Below are positions 26,407-37,200 of a stretch of DNA of 64,000 bases, piece after piece. Positions within the stretch are counted from its first letter, which is position 1, and each line of letters starts with the position of its first letter. The stretch comes from a virus: IMG/VR virus record IMGVR_UViG_3300045988_177361. One strand, 5' to 3'. A program made the position numbers and the translations under genes. The notes beneath the pieces are model-generated. The model saw only the letters and a program-made list of their open reading frames with translations, was not told the DNA's origin and made no database searches.

Positions 26407-28162
26407 CAAAGACATCAAAACCGAACCACGGTTCATGACCATGATTCAAAAAGACCTCCTCCCGACATGCAAGGCGTTGAATCTCGACGTTGACCCGTTC
26501 GCCAACGCGCGAACCGTGTTCATCGACCGTGACAGCGTGGGACGGATTCTCTCCTACATGAGCGACCATGAAATCAACCCCGAATGGTACGGCCTCCTGC
26601 CTGATAATCTGTTCGTCGGAACCGGACTGCCGGTACTCACCGGCGTCGAAGGCGAATACTTCGCACGTATGACCGGACGGAACCTCACCAAGAAAGTCGC
26701 GGCGAAAACATTCATCGCGGACATGGAAGCCTACTGGCTGAGCAAGGACAATCTGAAACGGACTGACGGTACGAAAGGCAACGGAACCACGCTCGGTTTC
26801 GGACGTTGCCCCGGAATGCGTGAGGCCAGCCGATACAACGAACGCATCTTCAAAAGCAACGAATACGAGTACACGAATCCCGTGGACGAGTACGGCATCG
26901 ACACTGTTTCACGCTACCGTCAGGTCGGTGAAATCTACAATGAGGTCGGCCAATGCTTCAAGGGAATGGCACAGGCGCGTACTCCCCTCGCACCATTCGT
27001 CTTCCTCACCCATAAGGAATACGAGGGCGGACTGGACACGGTTGTGAACCACTGCCCATACATCACCCATTCGGACGCCACCCGCATCATCGACGGAATG
27101 AAACAGTTCCCTCCGAAACGAAGCGTGGACAGGTTCATGCTCGCTTTCACCATGACAGCATTCGCGTTCGCCATGAATCAGGTCGAGGAATCCGAACAGT
27201 ACGAGACGGTCGAAGTGAAACCACCGAAAACCGAAATCAGACGGCATTCCGGCACTCCGAAGACCACGTTGCTTATCCATTTGAAACCGGAAGAGCCAGC
27301 ACCCAAGGCCACGCCATCCTATGCCGGTGAAACCGACGAATACGATTGGGACAGCATCACCGGACGGGTCGAAACCATCACACCGGACGTGGCAAGGGAA
27401 ATGCTCGGCTCGAACACCAACAACCGCAACGTGAGCCGCAAACAGGTCGAACTGTTCGCCCGCACCATGGCGCAACAGGCATGGCAGATGAACGGAGAAG
27501 CAATCAAATTCAGCAACACGGGACGTCTGCTGGACGGACAGCACAGGCTCCTCGCCTGCGTCGAATCCGGCGTGCCGTTCCGCACCCTCGTCATCCGTGG
27601 ACTGCCGGAGGAAACACAGGAGACCATGGACGCGGGTAAGACCCGAACCATGGCGAACGTGCTTGAACTGCAAGGACGTTCCAACACGAAACAGCTCGCC
27701 ACCGTCGCCCGTTCCATCTATCTGAGCGAACAACTGGGCGTCGAGGCGGCATGTCTGAACAGCGCTTCCCCGACCCGCAACGAACTGTTGTCTTTCATCG
27801 AGAACACTCCACGATTGGAGGACACGCTACGACAGGCCAGCGCGTTCTATGTGAAAAGCAACCATCTCATGTCCATCAGCATGGCCGCGCTCATCTACTG
27901 GACGTTCTCCGAAATCGACGGGGAGGCGTGCGAAAGGTTCTTCGACATGCTCGCCACCGGCGCGAATCTTGAAGAAGGGAATCCCATCCTCGTGTTGCGC
28001 AACACGCTGTTCGACATCAACAAGCGTGGAGCGCACAGCGACAGGACAAGCCGCCGACGCATCGTCGGAATCACCATCAAAGCGTGGAACAAATGGCGTG
28101 AGGGAGCGACTGTGAAACTCCTCAAATTCTCTCCGAACGAACAGTTCCCGGACGCAATCTGA
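26399..28162 (+). CDS. Protein with a C-terminal ParB/sulfiredoxin-like nuclease domain (587 aa)
   Basis: The C-terminal region contains the ParB-nuclease signature LLDGQHRLLA. The N-terminal ~330 aa is unassigned. It lies two genes upstream of dnaB, suggesting a replication-initiation or loader-like role. Confidence 0.45.
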   Translation: MPNKDIKTEPRFMTMIQKDLLPTCKALNLDVDPFANARTVFIDRDSVGRILSYMSDHEINPEWYGLLPDNLFVGTGLPVLTGVEGEYFARMTGRNLTKKVAAKTFIADMEAYWLSKDNLKRTDGTKGNGTTLGFGRCPGMREASRYNERIFKSNEYEYTNPVDEYGIDTVSRYRQVGEIYNEVGQCFKGMAQARTPLAPFVFLTHKEYEGGLDTVVNHCPYITHSDATRIIDGMKQFPPKRSVDRFMLAFTMTAFAFAMNQVEESEQYETVEVKPPKTEIRRHSGTPKTTLLIHLKPEEPAPKATPSYAGETDEYDWDSITGRVETITPDVAREMLGSNTNNRNVSRKQVELFARTMAQQAWQMNGEAIKFSNTGRLLDGQHRLLACVESGVPFRTLVIRGLPEETQETMDAGKTRTMANVLELQGRSNTKQLATVARSIYLSEQLGVEAACLNSASPTRNELLSFIENTPRLEDTLRQASAFYVKSNHLMSISMAALIYWTFSEIDGEACERFFDMLATGANLEEGNPILVLRNTLFDINKRGAHSDRTSRRRIVGITIKAWNKWREGATVKLLKFSPNEQFPDAI

Positions 28163-28184
28163 CCTTGGAAAGGACAAACAAAGC

Positions 28185-28553
28185 ATGGTTGAAAAACCGA
28201 ACACATCCCCGGCGAAGCTTCTGACCGCAGACGAGGCTTTGGCCTTGGGAAGACGACCGGAAGTCGTCAACGTCTTGAAAAACAAGCACGGATGGTGGGT
28301 AATCTTCACCACCCAATTCCAAGACGAAGTGACCCTCCGATATCTGCAAGGGGAACGTCCCTCGGAGATTTTCCGCAGTCACAATCTCGGGCCGGAAGTC
28401 CTCGGATACAAGCGTATCGAACGTTGTGTATACCGGTGGGTCAACCATCCCAGCGAATCCCGTGTCAAACGTTGGCGAGCGGAACACCGCCTGTATGAGA
28501 CGTTGAACAAGAATCAGACCAACACCGGCAAGAAGGAGAACAGCGACAAGTGA
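28185..28553 (+). CDS. Hypothetical protein (122 aa)
   Basis: Its stop overlaps the dnaB start (atga), so it is translationally coupled to the helicase gene. Confidence 0.4.
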   Translation: MVEKPNTSPAKLLTADEALALGRRPEVVNVLKNKHGWWVIFTTQFQDEVTLRYLQGERPSEIFRSHNLGPEVLGYKRIERCVYRWVNHPSESRVKRWRAEHRLYETLNKNQTNTGKKENSDK

Positions 28554-29890
28554 GCGTCCCCACACCAATCCACAAGGATATGGCCGAGCAAGTATTGTTG
28601 GGGGCCATGCTTCAAGACTCGGAAACGTTGGACAAGGTCATCAGCCAGCTTTCCGAAGAGGACTTCTACCAGCCGACGAACCAGACCATCTTCCATAATA
28701 TAAAGGAACTGGCCGCAGACAATAACCGTGTGGACGCGCAAATGCTGTCCTCGCACATGATGGACAACGGACAGTTGGAACAGGTCGGCGGTATCGACTA
28801 TATCGCCCAGCTTGTCGGCTCCGCGCCCACGTCGAACAACAGTGACTATTTCATCAAGCAGATTCGTGACGCGGCCATCCTCCGCCACATCAACGTGGTC
28901 GGACAACAGTTGCAGCAGATGAGCAACGTGTCCGACGCGTCAGCCGAAGATGTGCTCAGCAAGTCGTTGGAGGCCGCGTTCTCGTTGGAGGATTCGAGTC
29001 GTTCCGAAGACGACGAGTTGAAGACCGCATACCGTCTGTCCGACGAAATGCTCCAACAGTTGGATGAAATGTCACAGAATCCGAACGAGTTCGGAACACC
29101 CACCGGCTTCCGTGACATCGACGCGTTGACGCACGGATTGCAAGCCGGACAAATGGTCATAGTCGCGGGCCGTCCGGGCATGGGCAAGAGTACTCTCGGC
29201 ATGGATTTCGCGCGTAACGCCGCACTGCACAAGGGTCTGCCGACTGTGATTTTCAGTCTGGAAATGGGCGGTCACGAACTCATGCAACGTATGTTCGCAG
29301 CCGAAACAGGCATCCGTCTCGCATCGTTCCAACATCCCGAGAATCTGAACTCGAATGATTGGAACAAACTCAACGCGCTCTGCCATCAGGTCGAGAAGAC
29401 ACCATTGTGGGTTGATGATTCCGCCATCATCAACATGAGCACCATCCGTGCGAAATGCCGTGCTCTCAGCCGCAAGGTCAACGGGTTGAAGCTTATCGTC
29501 ATCGACTACCTGCAACTCATGTCCTCCGGTAAAACCGTCGAGAACCGTCAGCAGGAAGTGTCGAACTTCTCCCGCCAATGCAAAATGCTCGCCAAGGAAC
29601 TGCAATGCCCCGTGGTCGTGCTCTCCCAGTTGAACCGTAATGCGGAACAGCGTGCCGACAAGAAGCCGGAACTGTCCGACCTGAGAGAGTCCGGTTCCAT
29701 CGAACAGGACGCCGACATGGTGTTCCTCGTGCATCGTCCCGAATACTACGACCGTGAGGAACGTCCGGGCGAAGCCGACGTGATTCTCGCCAAGCACCGT
29801 AACGGGCCTACCGAAACGTTCAATCTCGCGTTCATGGGCGAATGCTCCAAATTCGCGGACATGGCCGCAGGTTTCGAAAACGAGTTCTGA
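28550..29890 (+). CDS. dnaB: Replicative DNA helicase DnaB
   Basis: 446 aa. N-terminal DnaB domain (AEQVLLGAMLQD...IDYIAQL). Walker A GRPGMGKSTLGMDFARNAA. Walker B LIVIDYLQLMSS. RecA-like C-terminal domain and arginine finger. Confidence 0.9.
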   Translation: MSVPTPIHKDMAEQVLLGAMLQDSETLDKVISQLSEEDFYQPTNQTIFHNIKELAADNNRVDAQMLSSHMMDNGQLEQVGGIDYIAQLVGSAPTSNNSDYFIKQIRDAAILRHINVVGQQLQQMSNVSDASAEDVLSKSLEAAFSLEDSSRSEDDELKTAYRLSDEMLQQLDEMSQNPNEFGTPTGFRDIDALTHGLQAGQMVIVAGRPGMGKSTLGMDFARNAALHKGLPTVIFSLEMGGHELMQRMFAAETGIRLASFQHPENLNSNDWNKLNALCHQVEKTPLWVDDSAIINMSTIRAKCRALSRKVNGLKLIVIDYLQLMSSGKTVENRQQEVSNFSRQCKMLAKELQCPVVVLSQLNRNAEQRADKKPELSDLRESGSIEQDADMVFLVHRPEYYDREERPGEADVILAKHRNGPTETFNLAFMGECSKFADMAAGFENEF

Positions 29891-29940
29891 AACAAGTTCT
29901 GTCATAGTGGGTATGCCCACAAAAAAGAAAGGAAAAGTCA

Positions 29941-31338
29941 ATGCCAACAACATTGATAATCGTCGCGGCAGTGGCGATACTCATCATCCTGCTCGCGACC
30001 GCAAGCTACAAGGTCTGCCCCGCCGACCGGGTAATGGTCATCACCGGGCCGGGTGGACGACGCTTCGTCTCCGGCGGAAGCGCGTTCATCATACCCTTCA
30101 TCATGCGCGTGGACTGGCTCTCCCTCGGAGCGGTGCAGTCGCTCCTGAGAACCGACACGCCGATTCCGACGAAGGACGCAATCCTCATCGACGTGAACGC
30201 CGTCGCCAACTTCCAAATCGCATCCGAGACCATGACCGTGGACGAGAACGGTAAACAGGTGAAGGCATTAGAAAACGCCGCCAAGAACTATCTGAACCAG
30301 TCAAAGGAGCGCATGGAGAAGGACGTGACACAAGTGCTCCTAGGCAAGCTGCGCGAGGTCATCGGCAGAACCGAGTTGAAGGCACTCATGGAGAACAGGG
30401 ACACGTTCGCCGCGACCGTGGCCGAATCCGCCCGCGTGGACATGGAACGGCTTGGCCTTCAATTGACCACGTTCAACATTCAAGACTTCACCGACCGTCA
30501 GAACGTCATCGCCAACATGGGCGCTGAAATGGCCGCCGAAATCAGCCGGAATGCGAAGCTCGCGTCCATCAACGCGGAACAGGATGTGGCCGTCCGTCAG
30601 AACCAGCTCGACCTGAAACGAGCCGAACTCCAATCCATCTCCGACAAGGCGCAGGCCGAGGCCGACGCGGTGAAGGGCATCACCGCCGCCGAACAGTCCA
30701 AGACTCTCAAGGTCAAGGAGCAGGAGGCTGAAATCGCCGCCGCCGAGAAGAGGGCAGTGCTCGAACAGAAGAACGCCGAAATCGAAGAGCAGAAACTGAA
30801 CGCGACCATCCGCAAGAAGGCCGACGCCGACCGTTACGCCGCCGAACAGCAGGCCGACGCGCAAATGTACACAACCCAAAAACACGCCGACGCGGAACTG
30901 TACCTACGTCAGCAGGAGGCTCAGGCCATCCAATCCACAGCCGACGCGGACGCACACGCGACCGAAGTCAAAGGCAAGGCCGAGGGTTCCGCCGCACAGT
31001 CAAAGGGTGTAGGCGAAGCCGAGGCAATCCGCGCCCAAGGCCGAGCCTACAATGCGATGAACAACACGTACATCCTCGCCCAACAGTACATTCAGATTCT
31101 CCCCGACATGGTTCGAGCCGCCGCCGAACCGCTCACCAAGGTTGACCACATCACCATGTACGGCGACGGAAACAGCACGAAGCTCGTGGGCGACACGGTG
31201 AACAGTGTGAGCCAGTTGAGTGAGGGATTGTCGCAATCCTTGGGCATCGATTTGAAAGCCTTGCTGAACAGTATGGTGGCCGGTCATGCCGCCGGTTCCG
31301 CACTAGGTGAGAAAGTTTCCGAACAGTCCGGAAACTAA
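29941..31338 (+). CDS. Flotillin / SPFH (band 7) domain protein
   Basis: N-terminal TM anchor, then an SPFH domain and a long Ala/Glu/Gln-rich coiled coil with EA repeats (AEQQADAQMY...). Matches the YqiK/FloA architecture. Confidence 0.75.
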   Translation: MPTTLIIVAAVAILIILLATASYKVCPADRVMVITGPGGRRFVSGGSAFIIPFIMRVDWLSLGAVQSLLRTDTPIPTKDAILIDVNAVANFQIASETMTVDENGKQVKALENAAKNYLNQSKERMEKDVTQVLLGKLREVIGRTELKALMENRDTFAATVAESARVDMERLGLQLTTFNIQDFTDRQNVIANMGAEMAAEISRNAKLASINAEQDVAVRQNQLDLKRAELQSISDKAQAEADAVKGITAAEQSKTLKVKEQEAEIAAAEKRAVLEQKNAEIEEQKLNATIRKKADADRYAAEQQADAQMYTTQKHADAELYLRQQEAQAIQSTADADAHATEVKGKAEGSAAQSKGVGEAEAIRAQGRAYNAMNNTYILAQQYIQILPDMVRAAAEPLTKVDHITMYGDGNSTKLVGDTVNSVSQLSEGLSQSLGIDLKALLNSMVAGHAAGSALGEKVSEQSGN

Positions 31339-31356
31339 CCTGTTCAGGGATATGTT

Positions 31357-31391
31357 GGAGGGTATGGGAAGCCATGCCCTCCTTATTTTTA
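31357..31391 (+). terminator. Intrinsic terminator after the flotillin gene
   Basis: ggagggtatggg-aagc-catgccctcc followed by ttattttt. Confidence 0.6.
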
Positions 31392-31517
31392 AGGGCTGAA
31401 AGCATTCTTTCAAGGTTTTTAATGAGGGTGCGTGCGGTATATTAGGAATGTAATCCGATACCGACCCCGTTCGATGAATGAACGCGCGCCGGGTCTAGTA
31501 AGGAAAGGAAAACAAAG

Positions 31518-33212
31518 GTGAAAACCAAAAACCTGTTGAAGGCAACGGTCGCCACGCTTGTGGCCGGTGCCATGGGTTTGGCTGGAGTCGGCTCCGCCAT
31601 GGCGGCTGATACTCGTGTTGACGCATCCAAGCTTGGTGCGGCTGCTCGTCAGACGTTGACCGTCGCTGCTAATGGTGATATTAGCAATCGCACGTTGAAG
31701 GCTGTGCCGCTCGCCTACTATTCGTATGCGCAGACTGATGGTACTAATATTACCGGCTTTGACCTGATTGACGCGGGCAAGGCTTCTGCTATTGCTGACG
31801 CATTGACTAAAGCCAGTATTGACACTAAGTCCAAGAAAGACCAGACTGCCGGATACGACTATAATGCGTCCAATCCGATGGTGTGGGTCGTTCAGAATCT
31901 CCTTGATTCCGAGAACAGTCCGTGGGCTGGCAAGCTTCGTGACTTCATCGACCAGTTGAAGAACGAGGCCGCTGTCACCGGCGACAAGGGCACCGCGTTC
32001 GCCAAGGGCGCCGACGCCAAGCATATGACTGCTTCTGTCCGTCCGGGCGTGTACGCGGTCGTGGACACCACCAAGACCGGTCAGGCGTCCATCGTCATGT
32101 TCAACGGCACCGGCATCGATGGCAAGACCACGTTGAAGAACGGCGCCAAGACCTACACGCTGGGCACCGTGGACTATAAGGTACACGGCACCACCGTCAC
32201 GAAGAAGATTACCGCCGCCGAAAACGGCACCGTCGAAAACAGTGGCGCGACCGCCGAAACCGCTATCGGCAAGAAGGTCAGCTTCGAAATGACCAGCAAA
32301 GTGCCGAACTGGACTGGCTACGACAAGTACTATTACGCCATCAACGATACGTATTCCAAGGGCCTGACTTATGACGCGGCCAAGGACAACATGGTCGTGA
32401 CCGTGGACGGTAAGCCCCTCATCCGCGACACCGATTACAAGGTCACTACTGAGGATGGCAAGTTCCACATCATCTTCGCTCCGACCACCGGTGACTCCAC
32501 CACCGCATCCGACATTGTGGCGATGAAAGCCAAGTTCCCGGTCGATGCCGCCGTTGACGTCAAGTACGGCATGTACGTGAACAAGAACGCCGTCTCCGGA
32601 ACCGCCGACGCCAACACCAACGAGGTCGAATACTCGCATAATCCGAACACCGTCACCGACCATGAGACCACCCCGGGCCAGACCGACAAGGTGCATGTCG
32701 GCAAGTTCACCCTCACCAAGCACGACACGAACAACGTCCCGCTCGCCGGAGCCGAGTTCAAGGTGTACGAGGGCGACCAGACCACCACCCCGGTCAGGTT
32801 CGTCAAGTCCTCCGACGGCCTGACCTACCGCAAGGCCGACCTGACCGAGAGCACCGGCACCACCGACACCGTCACCAGCGTCGCTACTAGCAATGGCGTG
32901 CTCACGCTGACCGGCCTCGACGGCAAGTACACGGTCAAGGAGACAAAGAGTCCGTTCAACGGCTCCATCCTGCCGCAGTTCACCCTGACCATCAAGGTGA
33001 ACCAGTCGAACGGCTCCTACATGCTCAGCCAGTTCGATAAGGACGCCAACAATCTGGCTTCCGAGAACGTCGATAAGATGGGTGTGACCGTCATCAACGC
33101 CCGCAACATCGCCGACATGCCGAAGACCGGTGCGGTCTGGCTGTCCATCTTCGGCGTGATGACCGTCCTGTTGGCTGGCGCTTCCGCCCTGCTGCTTCGT
33201 CGCAAGGCGTGA
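31518..33212 (+). CDS. Sortase-dependent major pilin (isopeptide-bond fimbrial subunit)
   Basis: Signal peptide (LVAGAMGLAGVGSAMAAD). Threonine/valine-rich Ig-like composition. E-box-like motif YTVKETKSPFNG. C-terminal sorting signal PKTG plus a hydrophobic stretch and RRKA. Immediately upstream of a class C sortase. Confidence 0.7.
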   Translation: MKTKNLLKATVATLVAGAMGLAGVGSAMAADTRVDASKLGAAARQTLTVAANGDISNRTLKAVPLAYYSYAQTDGTNITGFDLIDAGKASAIADALTKASIDTKSKKDQTAGYDYNASNPMVWVVQNLLDSENSPWAGKLRDFIDQLKNEAAVTGDKGTAFAKGADAKHMTASVRPGVYAVVDTTKTGQASIVMFNGTGIDGKTTLKNGAKTYTLGTVDYKVHGTTVTKKITAAENGTVENSGATAETAIGKKVSFEMTSKVPNWTGYDKYYYAINDTYSKGLTYDAAKDNMVVTVDGKPLIRDTDYKVTTEDGKFHIIFAPTTGDSTTASDIVAMKAKFPVDAAVDVKYGMYVNKNAVSGTADANTNEVEYSHNPNTVTDHETTPGQTDKVHVGKFTLTKHDTNNVPLAGAEFKVYEGDQTTTPVRFVKSSDGLTYRKADLTESTGTTDTVTSVATSNGVLTLTGLDGKYTVKETKSPFNGSILPQFTLTIKVNQSNGSYMLSQFDKDANNLASENVDKMGVTVINARNIADMPKTGAVWLSIFGVMTVLLAGASALLLRRKA

Positions 33213-33349
33213 GATTGGAATAGATTGGAATACTGCCGTATGAGAAAACTTTTCTGACCGTTTGACGGTTGGAAAAGCATGAAATGTTCCGCTTGGCGTG
33301 TCGGGAACCCAAATATCGACACGCCACCTTTTAGATTCTTTATAACCGC

Positions 33350-34255
33350 ATGGGAGGGGTTTTGGGAAAACATACGGCGAAACCGAAAGGCTTGGGAAAT
33401 CGAGCCATAGCGGGACTTCTCTGCCTAATCCTATCCGCCCTGTCCGGAACCATCCCATTCATCCTCATGATTTCGAACAGCAGCCAATCCAACCGGTTGA
33501 CCGACTCCCACGCGCAAGCCGTGGAAAACACTGACGTGAAACGAATCGCCCAAGAGTATGCGGACGCGCAAGCCTACAATCAACGCCTATACGAGGAAGG
33601 CCAGCCCATTCTTGGTGAGGCGGAAGACCCGTGGACGGGCATCAACAAGTCCGAATCGGACAACACGTATCGGAAGCAACTATCCACCCCCAAGGATGGG
33701 GTCATGGCTACCATCAAATATCCACGCTTGGGCATCAACCTGCCTATCCGGCATGGCACGTCGCAAAACGTGTTGGCCGCTGGAGCCGGACACTTATATG
33801 GTTCCAGTCTCCCCGTCGGTGGCAAGAACACGCATACTGTCATATCCGCGCACACGGGTTTGGCAGACCAGCTCATGTTCGACAAGCTGCGAGGATTCGG
33901 CAGTGAAGCCAAAAAAAGTGACGTCTTCTATCTGATAACCGCCGGACATACGCTCGCCTACAAGGTCACAAGCATTGATGTGGTAGACCCATCCGATTTC
34001 ACCAAACTGAAAATCGTCGCCGGAAAAGACCTCGCCACACTCCTAACCTGCACGCCATACGGCATCAACAACAAGCGACTCTTGGTGACCGGCACGCGCA
34101 CCAGCATGCCGCACCCCGCACCCAAACCCGAAAACGCGCCGAAAGACCACACGAACCAATGGCTCATGCTGTACGTCGGCGGATTCTGGCTTGCGGTAAT
34201 CATCATCACCATTCTCATCATCCGTAGAAAAAACCACGCAAAGAAGGAACACTAA
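33350..34255 (+). CDS. Class C (pilus-specific) sortase
   Basis: N- and C-terminal TM segments. Catalytic His region (VISAHTG) and the TLxTC active-site motif (TLLTCTPY). ~300 aa. Its stop overlaps the adhesin start. Confidence 0.85.
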   Translation: MGGVLGKHTAKPKGLGNRAIAGLLCLILSALSGTIPFILMISNSSQSNRLTDSHAQAVENTDVKRIAQEYADAQAYNQRLYEEGQPILGEAEDPWTGINKSESDNTYRKQLSTPKDGVMATIKYPRLGINLPIRHGTSQNVLAAGAGHLYGSSLPVGGKNTHTVISAHTGLADQLMFDKLRGFGSEAKKSDVFYLITAGHTLAYKVTSIDVVDPSDFTKLKIVAGKDLATLLTCTPYGINNKRLLVTGTRTSMPHPAPKPENAPKDHTNQWLMLYVGGFWLAVIIITILIIRRKNHAKKEH

Positions 34256-37200
34256 TGGGTATTCTCAAAAAGCATGTGGCACATCCGGTAGCATTATTGG
34301 CCGCAATCGCCACACTGGCATCCGGCCTGATATGCATGACCAATCCGGTAGCCTCTCCGAAAGCGCATGCGGACGAGTTGAAACCCGCATATGCTACTGC
34401 GAAAATCGTCAAGAAAGCCGACGGTACGGGGCATGGCACGAGTTCGCAAACGTTCGTGAACTCGAAGAACGGGTTCGCCACGGGCGATGATTCCCCTACC
34501 GATGGCGTGGTCGCATCCGGTGATACGGTCGAATATTCTCTCACATTGAACTTCAACGCGGCGGGCAAGCGTACCATCAACGTGAAGTTCGACTTGGATG
34601 ACGCGCCGTATTTGCAGACTGCTGACGGTGGTGGCTTCTGCCAGCCGGGACAACTCGTCACCGCGAAGAAAAACAGTGACGGCTCCTGCTCCTACACGGT
34701 TCCAGCCGGTGGCGTGGAAACCATGACCCAAACCTTCTATCTGAAAGCAAAAGACACGGGAGGCTTGGTCAAGCCGGGTCAGATTCCGAAAATCGTCGTC
34801 GCCCGCGAAGGTGGAACGTCAACCACGTATCGTACGGATGAGCTGACTGTAGTATCCGCTCCGGCGGCTGACTTGGTCATTGACAATGGCGGCAATCCGG
34901 TGAAAGGCCAATACTCGTATGAGCATCGTACTTATTGGAGTCAGAACACCGACGCGACCGGCGATTTCACTATTCGTACCGACGCGTTGACCTATCCGGG
35001 TTATTCGTCCACCAAAGGCGCATCCACCAGCATCGACTGGACGACCAAGGTTGACATCTCCGATTTTCCGCAGGGAACCGTATGGACTGTTGGGAACCAG
35101 ACGGTCACCCGTAACACGGACAAGACGCAATATCTGACAGTGTCCAGCGGCAAGAACGGTGCGGACACATCCATCAGCTATCGTATTCCAGCCGGAACCG
35201 ACGCGCTCAAAAACATGAAAGAAGGAGACGTCAAATATTACGATGTCCACCTTGTTCCCGACGAAACCGTGTTCAGCGTCAAAGACGATAACGGCAACGC
35301 ACTGTTGAACATGGGCAAGGGCGGCGAACCCGGCTGGAACATTGGACGGGACAAGAGCACCTACAACAAGGATACGGGTGCCCGCGTCGGCTACCCGTAC
35401 GCGAACAATGACTGGTCACGAGCCATCATCCAACGGCTCAAGCCGACTCCAGCTGGCAAGATTCCACTGTTCGGCAAAGGACTGCAACGGCCTAACACTG
35501 CGTCCAAGACCATGTTCGACAAGGAGAATCTGACGTTCGACGCCGCCGAAGGCAAAGCCGACATCTACCATTACTATTCCGACGGTTCCGGCGACACCGT
35601 GTCCCGTGGAACGCAAGTCAAAACCATTTTGGAAATGTATGCGGCGAACGTTACGGCGGACAAGCTTAAAAACACTACGCCGACCATGCAGGACGAGTGG
35701 GATAATACGCGCATGCGGTGGGATGGAAGCTTGGAAGTCACCCAGAACGGCGCTCCGGTTTCCGACTACAAAGTTCAATGGGCTGATAGCAAAGACAATT
35801 GGCATGACGGGGAACCATCCGACACAGACGCTCCGAACGTCAAGAAGATTCGGGTGACGTTCAACCCAGACACTTTGACTTTGGGAAAGGGTGCGCCGAA
35901 CGTTCAGGTCACGTTCAACACGCTCGCCATAGTCGACGTGTCCAAAGGCAATGTGGAAGCTTTGGATACGCTGACCGCATGGCTTACCGAAGACGATAAG
36001 GCGAGCGTCACCAATTGGGTGTGGATTGCCAAGCCGGTAGACCCGACCACCAGTATCGACATCAGTCTGAAAGCCTACGATGGTGAAGGCAATCAAGTGT
36101 ATGCGAACAACAGTTCCAATCACCCGTCCGGAAGCGCAGTCGATTTGACTCCCGGCATGCGAGTGGATTATACGGTCACGGAACAGTTGCGCACCATTCT
36201 CCTGTCCAATACAAGCATGACGCCGACCATCACGGTGCCGAAACCGAAAGGCTTGTACAATCCGACCTGTGATGATTCGTTCTGGCAGATGAAAGTGGAC
36301 GGGAATAATCTCGTGTTCACGCCACGTTCCGGCAAAGTCACTCCGGAAGTAGACCGTATAGGGTCGGCCACTTTGCCTGACCTGCATTTCAGTGGCATCG
36401 TATCCAATCTCGCCACCGGGACTGTGACCGCCAGTGCGAATATGAGCGTGGCCGTTGACGAGAATGGCGCATTGCAAGCCCAAACCATCAAAAGCAATAC
36501 GCCCAGCGTCCCATTCCCTGTCTCCAATGCTGAGACCAACAGTGGCATCATGCGTGTGAAGACCACGAAGGCTGAAATCGGCGACCCGCTTACTTGGGAG
36601 TTCAACGTGTACGGCAAGGGCGGCGGACATACCGGCACCATGGATAGCATGCTACTGCTTCCTGCGAATGGTGATGAGAAGTACGTGCAGGACAAGCTGG
36701 TCGAATATGAGCGTGGATACAGCAACTATCATGGCTCCTACGAACTGACCCAGCCCGTCACGGTCAATATGGACAATTCGACCAGTACGACCGTCTACTA
36801 TTCAACCACCACCGGAAAGAAGTCGGATAATCCGGCTGACTACGAGTGGAAGACATGGGATGAATTGTCCGCCATCGAGAAGAAGAACATCACCGCCATC
36901 CGACTGACCAGCACTGTCGTCGCGTCCGACGATAAACTGTCCTATTCGGCGGTGAACGGTATTATCACGCTCACCCCATCCGACAATGTGAAAGACGACA
37001 AGTACACGCTGTGGCTTGGCCGTAACTATTATTCCGACGCTTCCGACAAACCGGCGGGCAACCAGCCGTGGCCTGACGTGGCGAAGGTAGTGGCCGGTAG
37101 CATCAGCGGCACCGTCTGGTGGGATAAGGATGAGAACACGCTCATCGGTGACAGTGAGGAACGTATCGAAGGAGTGGAAGTCACCCTCGGCAAGCAGGAT

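Noticed and set aside
26909-29953. Minus-strand ORFs antisense to the ParB-nuclease protein gene (274 aa) and to dnaB (293 aa)
   Set aside because: No RBS or start context. The sense strands have strong family motifs (DnaB Walker A/B).
31419-33458. 679-aa minus-strand ORF spanning the pilin and part of the sortase gene
   Set aside because: G/V/D-rich low-complexity translation, the mirror of the Thr/Val/Ala-rich pilin codons. The plus-strand genes have a signal peptide, an E-box, sorting signals and the sortase TLxTC motif.
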